64,000 nucleotides of DNA from Phoronis australis (lineage: Eukaryota; Animalia; Phoronida). The stretch is from positions 200,101 through 264,100 of the forward strand of contig NMRA01000161.1 in the NCBI GenBank assembly GCA_002633005.1. The letters are read 5' to 3'. Shown one piece after another: positions 39,401-48,400 of this stretch. Under the pieces are notes generated by a model that saw nothing but the letters and a program-made list of their open reading frames with translations, ran no database searches and was not told the DNA's origin. Each line of letters starts with the position of its first letter. Position 1 is the stretch's first letter. Both the position numbers and the translations under genes were made by a program.

Positions 39401-42400
39401 CAAAAGGCATCAGGCCACCTGCACCCTTTTTGATTGAAAATCACTATCCCGCTAGATCATGGATGGCGATCACGTGTTTGGTGCACAAGCGTTGCACAGA
39501 GCCACCTGCAGACCACATGTCCGGGCAAGAAGCTTTCAATCTACTGGCATCAAAAGCATTTAAACACCTCTCCTGCTATTATGATGCTGGCAAATTTCCA
39601 CTACTGTGCGGAGGTGTGTACTAATATCTTTGGAAATAACATACCTCTTGGAATGAGGAATGTCCCATACATTTCCCACTGCGAATATGAATCCCCGGTT
39701 GCATATTCAATGGCTGTGACTAACAAAGCGAAAGAATTTCGATCACAGGCCATGTTAAGAAGCTAAAAAAATTAGTAAACTTAACCCAATTAAGCGATGG
39801 GAAGGATTGACAGTGAGATTTATTCATCTATTTTAAATGTCTGAACTACTACGTAGTAGTGGATTTCTGTCCACCGAGTTTCAGTCGGGATCAAGCGGAA
39901 GTCGATTACCCGCTTTCATTACACTACAGAGCACCAATATGAAGAGTCCGCGATGGGAATTTTTGGCGTTGTCCTGAATTACGTCCTTGCGCCTAGAATT
40001 GATCAAGACCAATCAAGAAAATTCTAAATGATCATGTCAGTGAAACCCGACTCTTCTGCTACAAAAGTCACTAAGCTTGGAGAATACATATATTAGCGGA
40101 AAAAACTATGAACGAAAAAAAGAAAAGAAATCCCCAGTTTAAGTCATCCACGTTTGCAAGATATACATGTAAGCGCATACGCCAAAAATGAAACTTACAT
40201 TAAGGAACATGTGCCTACAGGTATATGCGAAAAAAATATTACAAAGTATTTGAATAATATTGTTTGGATGAAGGAGCGTGGGTCTTAAAACTCGCACATA
40301 CGGTAACATTTACAAGAGTTGGAAAAGTTAATTCAGTTCGACCGGAGACTTCATTGTAGATTTACGGATATGAAAATTTTTCGCCATGATAAAAACTGAA
40401 ATATGCAGTGAACTATATTGCGTTTCTAAACCAATCGGCATGACGATGTAACACGTACAAACTTATTTTCATTCTGGGCTAGTTCAAGTTACTAACGTAC
40501 ATGTACTGTACATGTACATGTAGCAATTGTATTCCAACCAATGGATTTCGGAGTTGTGTTACTTAGCGGCTCTGAAAACCACCTCGATAACTTTGACAGC
40601 GACATCAAATTTAAAGCATGTCTAAAACCTGTCTTTGTAAATGTACTATTCAATAAACACCTGTAAATAAACATTTTCAGATGATGTAAACAGATGTGAC
40701 ATCAATAACGGCGAATGTGAGCAACTCTGTCTTACAAAGAACACGGGGAGAACGTGCGCGTGTGGAATCGGATACAGCCTGTCGACAGATGGCGTAACAT
40801 GTCAAACTAGTGAGTAGGATGTCTGTTAACTAGAGTCAGTTGAAACCGTTCACTTCTCCATGTATTACCATGCATTTCAAAACTAAACAATGAATCGCAG
40901 TAAGCACGTTCAAAACCAAGTAACTGAACTGATTGAGACATCAAGTCAATTTTACTTTTACGACCCTCATTAATGTCATGCAGAACTTTCCAAAGTAATC
41001 TCAGGGGATATTTCTAAAATTTTTCACATTTGCATGAAGGGGTATCAAAATTTCGACGTTTATTTTTTCAGGAACAAAATCTTAAATCTAACAACATGTT
41101 TGCCGACTCCTCATTAGCACATATTTCAAGCAACTTTGTTTATGTTCTACATGTAGATATCGTGGTTTTGCAATCAATGCAAACAGACAAAACCAGGTTC
41201 TAGATGCTTTTTCCGTTAAGTAATTATATACTTTTACCGAGTTAAAACCTGCAATTATGTTACTATGAGAAATTTGACTAAATACGCACACTTTTCAATA
41301 AGGTCTTATTCGCACTTTTTGTCGTAATGACATAATATTTCTTCAGGTTCCCTCAGTGATAAGTTTGTGCTGATTTCGGACTCCGGCACAAAGACCATAT
41401 ACCAACTGTCGTTATCAGATGAACATCGCTTGTTCGCATTGCCCTTTGGTAAACTCGGCTCTCCGTATGCCATCGACTATGACCCCGTAGAGCGGAGGGT
41501 ATATTGGTCTGATTACACTTCAAACCCTGAAGTTTTGAAAAGAGCCAGCCTGGATGGATCATTCGTGGAGACGCTTCGAACCTTCACAGGTTAGTCACGG
41601 TTATCAAACAACAAAATTTCTCGTATTTGACCGATACAAAACAATACGTAAATGAAAATTCTGTTGCTACCAAATACATGTAATTAACACACCTGAGATG
41701 CTTTTTATCTGTTTATTTAATTTATAATCTTACTGATGGGTTGAACGATCATTTTAAATGAGCCTCAAAAACGTAGTCATATCACATCCAGTTCGTATTC
41801 AGTGTTTATATTCCTGGATCACCAAGTAATTTGTTGTTATTCCCATGTTTTCTTGTCGTTCAATTTCACCTCCCTTTTTTATTACTTTACCATCAGCTGC
41901 TTACCCTCTCCCCGTTTCTACTTATTGCTGTTCTTGTTGTTATTGTGACTATAATTATTAGTATGGCTATTATGGAGAATTGATATTCGTAGATACCAGC
42001 GTTGACGACATCAAAATCGACCCAATTTCGCGGCTCATATACATAGCCGAGACTTCGAATAACACCATTAGCGTCTTGACTTTGAATGGCACACAAAAGA
42101 AAACTCTGATCATAAGTGAACGTCCGAAACGAATCGAGGTTGATTACGTGAACGGGTAAGTACATGTATTTTCAAATTGGTATTCAGATTATTCAAACAA
42201 ACAAGACTTTAAAATTCCATTTTTTATCAGTGTCTCCAATTAAATATTTGTAGAAATAGCCACGGTCAGCTGCATCGTTATTGCAAATGCCATTATTAAG
42301 TTTGGAAGCGTATGACAAAGAGACTAGTTTGTCACTTCATATAAGCTAAAGGTTGTGGCATAGTAAATAAGAAAGAAACTGTTAAAAACATGCAAATATC

Positions 42401-45400
42401 CAATTTCTAGCCTAACAATTTTGTCATGCGATTTAAAGTATGACTGGCGATTATGCGATATGAAACCCGTAACCATTTCCATAGGAACACGTGTTAATAA
42501 GTACTTTTCATCATGGATCCCTTGCAGGTTTGTCTGTAAGTTGGCCCAAGTTGAAAACGTCTATAAACTTTGTTCAAACAGATACCTCTTCTGGGCCACC
42601 GACCCATCAACCAACCCCCGTAATCCTCGTATAATGCGGTCCTATCTGGACGGTACCCACCAGGAGGTGCTTGTGGAACATCCCCATGACATTCACTCTG
42701 TTCGCAGTTTGTCGTTAGGACCAACCAGTAAGTACCGTGGTCATTGAAATTGATACCAAGTAGTATCTATACGCCTTAAGTCACGAAACAGACAGACAGG
42801 CTCGAAACTGTTTCTAGTGAAGGCCTCGGTGACGATGCCCAGAATTGCAAGATGGTGCTTGGCTTCTTCAATTTCCAACTGCTGATTTATGAAATGAAAC
42901 TTGGTAATTGTCCCATCTTGTTCGGTGGACTAATTTTAGTTATATGTTATAAAAGGGACACATAGCTTGTCCAGTTGCGGCCAAAATTCAATCTATCTAC
43001 GTGTACTTTTCGTGAACTCTTCAAATGCGCTATTAAAAACTGAAAAGTATACAAAACTTATGTATGTCGCCGCCAGTGTTTACAACCACATGCATGGTGG
43101 GCAATTGCGTGCCTGATTACACAAGTTAATGTGTACAAATGTGGCGAACAATAACGTTAGCTGGAATTGGTTGGTAGCGGCAGATTTTAGCGTCAAGTTG
43201 CTTATAGTCGACCGGTGAGGGTGTCAGGGTATACATGTACATGCACATTGTAATTCTTTCCATGTCCAGTGGGAAGACTTCCCTGAGCTTTGCTAATTAA
43301 ATGTGGCCTGTGAAGTAAGCCAAGACTGCAGTTTGTGGTTTGTGTCCGAGTTATACTCTGCCAAGGATTCACACCATGTGCAGTCTTTTTGTTTATTCGG
43401 TGGCGTGGAGGTTGCTCGCAGCCAGCGCGCGTGTGTGCACTGTGAAACGCACCAAATGGATGTTAGTTTCATCAATGTAGGAGAAATTGGTAGGTATACA
43501 CGTATGAAAGGTTTATGCCTTGAACGCAATTAGGAGCTTTAAATAAAAGTAGCGTGCACAAAACATGACGACAACCCTGATTTTTAGTCTTTAATGAATA
43601 GATTTTAATATTCACTGTCCTCGACAACATTAAACGGGCAACGCAGCCTGGTGTTCTGTTGCTCAAACGCTATAGCAGTGGATGTGCTCAGATGAATTAT
43701 GTAGACCCAACATACTCGCGACCTTCGTGGAGCATTCTGACGTCACCAAGTATTCACTTCAGTAGCCACCACAATCGTAAAATACTGACTGATTTCACGT
43801 GTTATAGCTCTTGTGCACGTGTCTCGCGCCAACGGTGCTCGAAAATGTTCGGGAAAGAAGAAAATAGCCAATTTAGATTCCGCTTGACGCTCGCTATCTC
43901 TCTTTTTACTGAAAATGTGTGCAGTTATTTTAAAAATGGCCATACCTTGCAGGAAATGTACTTTACTGGGTGGACCTTTTCTTCAACAAAGTTGAGCGAA
44001 TCTCATTAAGTGGCGCCGCACCTTACAGAAGTAAAATAGTTGTTGACTACATAAACCATTACGACGAAGAAAATCTGAACAAAATCGCTCTTTATAGTGT
44101 TGCAGCTGATGGAGATCACGTGTATTACAGTGACCATTTCAACAGGTAAATATGCCCTTCGTTACTGAATGCCAGCATAAAACACTGAAAACTAGACTCA
44201 AATTAAAGGTTAGAAATATTATTTTCTTGATTTGATATCCAGTAGCCTTCCGAGTTTACTATTGTGATCTTGGAAATTTAAACTTCTTGTTCACTCCATA
44301 CGAAAGGGGAATTTCAAGTCAGATTTCGAAAGAATGGGTGATATCAGTTGTTTGTCACGTGCATCTCGGGTTATCATGAAGGCGTTGTACTACTTTTACC
44401 ATGCATGATTAGGATACTTTAGTGATGCCACTAGGCCAAAATACAGGGCATGCTTCTTTAACAGTCGCGTACGACTATTTCTGAAAATTGATTAAACTCT
44501 CTGTTTAGCAAAAGTGCGAACTAAAGTCTCTGAGAGTATATAACTTAACTACTAGATACCGAAGTAATTTCTATAAGTAATTTCTTGATTGTTATGCGTT
44601 ACTTGTTACTTGGAAATACTACATGTATTTCAGCAATGGTGAAGTGGGGGCGTAAGAGCACATTTCTTTCTTAAGTTCAAGGTCACTGAGTTTCATGAAA
44701 CAGACCTCCGACTCCTGTTCAGTAATGCTAGGATCTCGCTAAAATGCAATACTTCGCGAGATTACGTGAGATGTTGTCGTGCATTTTAAATGCGACTAGA
44801 TTTTAGTTAGGTCCTAGCGTAGATTCTAGAGTTACTGAACACACGCCAGAACTGTTTGATGATGGTACTATTACTGCTGTTAATTTTATCGCAGGAGCCT
44901 ATGGAAAGTTGGCAGAGGAGACACGTCAGCAAGCAGCTTCAGCGACAGCGACGACCACGAAGAGGAAGCAGATATGTTTGGGCCACCTGTATTCGGCACA
45001 GTTACCCACATAAAGATTTACAATTCCTCGCATCATGTAGATGGTAAATATGCGTAACTTTAGGTTACCATATATCATTCTTCTAGTTCCCTGCCAGTCA
45101 TATTCTTAACGCATATAAATCAAAAGATTACTTCTGGAAGTGTACTTAGCATTAATGATGCCTCTGTTTATGTAGTCCTCTGTCTTAACAAGAACACGTT
45201 GTATACACGCTTTTGAGACGTTCTATGAGCATATCATTGAAACTGAGATTCCCCTGTACCGACTCGAATGTATTATCTTACGATACCTTTTTGATACAAA
45301 ACGTAACACTGGACGTCTCTGGCCTACAGAAAACAAAATTATGCTTACCATGAGCAGCTGTATTTTAATTGGTGTTGGTACATGTATTGCGTTTTACGCA

Positions 45401-48400
45401 AACAGTATTCAATTTCGCACAAACCCGTGAAACGTACATGTACCATCTTCCCCGATAACGTCTGTTTGTCAGTCAATGGATATCCACTTGGAATTATGGA
45501 ATGTATTTGTTTCTCTTGCAGAGAATAACAGCTGTTCTCAAAATAATGGTAGATGCAGTCATCATTGTTTGCCTACACCAGTAGGTGCCACTTGTGCGTG
45601 TGAAGACGGAATTCCCTTACTGAGCGACGGACGCACGTGCAACTACCCAACTGGCTGTATCTGGTCGTCTTGGGGAAGCTGGTCAGAATGTTCCAAATCT
45701 TGCGGAGGGGGGATACAAGAAAAAACGAGGACGTGCTCCTCATTGACAGATAGCCGGACAAGAAAGTGTAACTTGGAGACTTGCGTGGATCCAGTGGACG
45801 GACGATGGTCTGAGTGGAGCTACTGGCTACCTTGTAGCAGGTCATGTGGTGGCGGAAGTCAGTACAGAAGCCGGGTGTGTATTGCGCCGATTAATGGTGG
45901 CGCTGAGTGCGCAGGCAGTTCTATCGACGTTAAGACCTGTAATAGTAATCCATGTCCCGTGAACGGTTCCTGGTCGGTCTGGTCTTCGTGGTCGTTTTGT
46001 AATAAGCCGTGTGGCGGTGGTGAAAAACGAAGAAATCGTGACTGCAACAACCCTGCCCAACAACACGGGGGAGCTCCATGCACTGGACCGTCAGTGAATT
46101 CTACCTCGTGTAATACAATTCCGTGTCCAGTTGACGGACAGTGGTCATCTTGGGGCGGCTGGTCCAAATGTAGCGTTACTTGTGACTACGGCCACAAAGC
46201 AAGAAGACGAACATGTGATGGTCCTTATCACGGCGGAAATCCTTGCAAAGGTTCTTCTGCAGAAACCTCACAATGCAAGGACGCTGACTGTCAGATGGAT
46301 GGCGTGTGGTCGTCTTGGAGCAATTGGACTGAATGCAGTGCCTCTTGCGGTAGTGGTCAAAAGCAGAGGGGACGCGTTTGTACTCCACCTCCTCGGTACT
46401 CAAGCAAAGAGTGTCAAGGTTCCAGAACAGAAACCGCTTGGTGTGTGATCAAAGAATGTCCCGTACATGGAAACTGGTCTAACTGGACGAGATGGTCATC
46501 GTGCAGTAAGACCTGCGGGTATGGTCAAAAGACACGCACAAGGTCATGTACGCAGCCACAACATGGCGGTGAACCTTGTGAAGGAGACGCAAAGCAGTGG
46601 AGTGATTGTATCGTGAAAATGTGTCCTGTGAATGGCGACTGGTCTGACTGGGGTCAGTGGTCGAGTTGCAGTGTCACGTGTTTTAACGGAACAAAATCCA
46701 GACATCGTGCATGCACTAACCCTGAACCGAGATATGGTGGGACCGACTGTCAAGGCATACATAACGAAACACTTCCTTGTTTCGCGGATTGTCCAATAGA
46801 CGGGTATTGGTTACCATGGTCAAACTGGAACTCTTGTAGCAAATCGTGTGGATACGGTGAGAAAATTAGACAACGCGATTGCAAGGAGCCGATGAACGGC
46901 GGAAGTACATGTCACGGCAACAAAATAGATAAAAAAGCGTGTCTTCTCAAAAACTGTCCTGTGCATGGCAACTGGTCGCAGTGGAGTCCCTGGACGGATT
47001 GCAGCACTTCCTGTGGCCAAGGACTGAAGACACGATCTAGAACATGCACACAACCCACATATAGAGGTCAACCGTGCAGTGGTGATAGCTCTGAAGGAGT
47101 TATATGTAGTGAAGTGGAAAACTGTCCAATTCATGGAGTTTGGAGGCCATGGAGTGCGTGGTCGGGGTGCAGTACGACGTGTGGTCACGGAGAAAGGAGA
47201 CGGAGGCGAGCATGTGAAGGTCCCTACTTTGGAGGCAGTGATTGTGCAGGTAGTTATGTCGATGTTCGTCCGTGCAACAACAGCGAGTGCCCCAGACATG
47301 CAAGGTGGTCGCAGTGGGGTCAGTGGTCATCTTGCAGCGTCCGTTGTGGAAACGGAAGCATGGAAAGAACACGAAATTGTACGGATATCTCACCCGTGCA
47401 TGAAAGGAAGGGTTGCCTAGGCAGTAATACCGACACGATGCCTTGTGGTAATCCATGCCAACCCACTGCCATGTGGACAGAGTGGGAAGAATGGACGCCG
47501 TGTTCTGACGAATGTAATGGGCTTCGAACAAGGCAAAGATTATGTAATAACGCTGTTGATGGAGAAAGGTGTGTTGGCGCTCCCTTTGAAACGGATACGT
47601 GCAAAAATTGTAACGTCGTGGGCGTCAATAGCAAACAGAATAAAGACAAACAAAATGAAAACAACGGTGAGCATAATTTTAACATCACATGCACAAATGT
47701 TACTCAATTAATTTTTTGCAGGTTCCAGTGCGAGCACTGTTACTAAATTGTACGTTTTCAATGCAATGTGATGTAGAACGACTTTGATAAACTGAGACGT
47801 AAGTCCGCGCTGTGAAATGTATTTGACTAATTCCATTCAAACGAGTTACAACAATAACAGAAGAGTCGCGTCATGACACACGGTGACACCAGCAAACTAC
47901 CAATCGGATAGAATGGGCGTGGTTAACGGAAAGATTTGTGAGAGGTGGGTTACTAAATATTAAATATCTTCAGAGTGAGAGCAAATTTGATGCTGAATTT
48001 TGTGACGAGTGTTTGTCGAAGATTAGTAAACAAACAGTTCTTTTCCATCATTTTATAAATAAAAACACAATATTAGCAGGACGAATCAAGCATTGATCAA
48101 AAAATCGATTTCCAATATTGGAGATTAACTTGATAGGAACACAATTAAGATAACATGAAAAACACGGTAATTTTATGCCACAAACAGTTACGGCTTAATG
48201 TTACACACGCATTCTTATTTTTTCCATGCTTTGCACTCTGTTCTTCTGCTTACATGTAGTGTGATTGATTATCAGTGCCATATTTTATTGAATGAAGAGA
48301 TTAAATAGTTGACGCGGTTTCAATGCCACGCTATTCACTAAAACGCCATTTTCAAGCACGTAAATCATACGCTCATGAAACTGTTTAACTATGCTTGAAA

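Noticed and set aside
45573-47711. Antisense and alternate-frame ORFs over the TSP1 exon (and likewise over the LINE and the orphan gene)
   Set aside because: Shadow ORFs of real coding sequence, with no independent motifs.
45476-47746. 756-aa ORF as a standalone hemicentin/SCO-spondin-like gene
   Set aside because: The ATG is intronic and there is no signal peptide; splice sites at 45522 and 47666 join it in frame to the propeller and TM exons.
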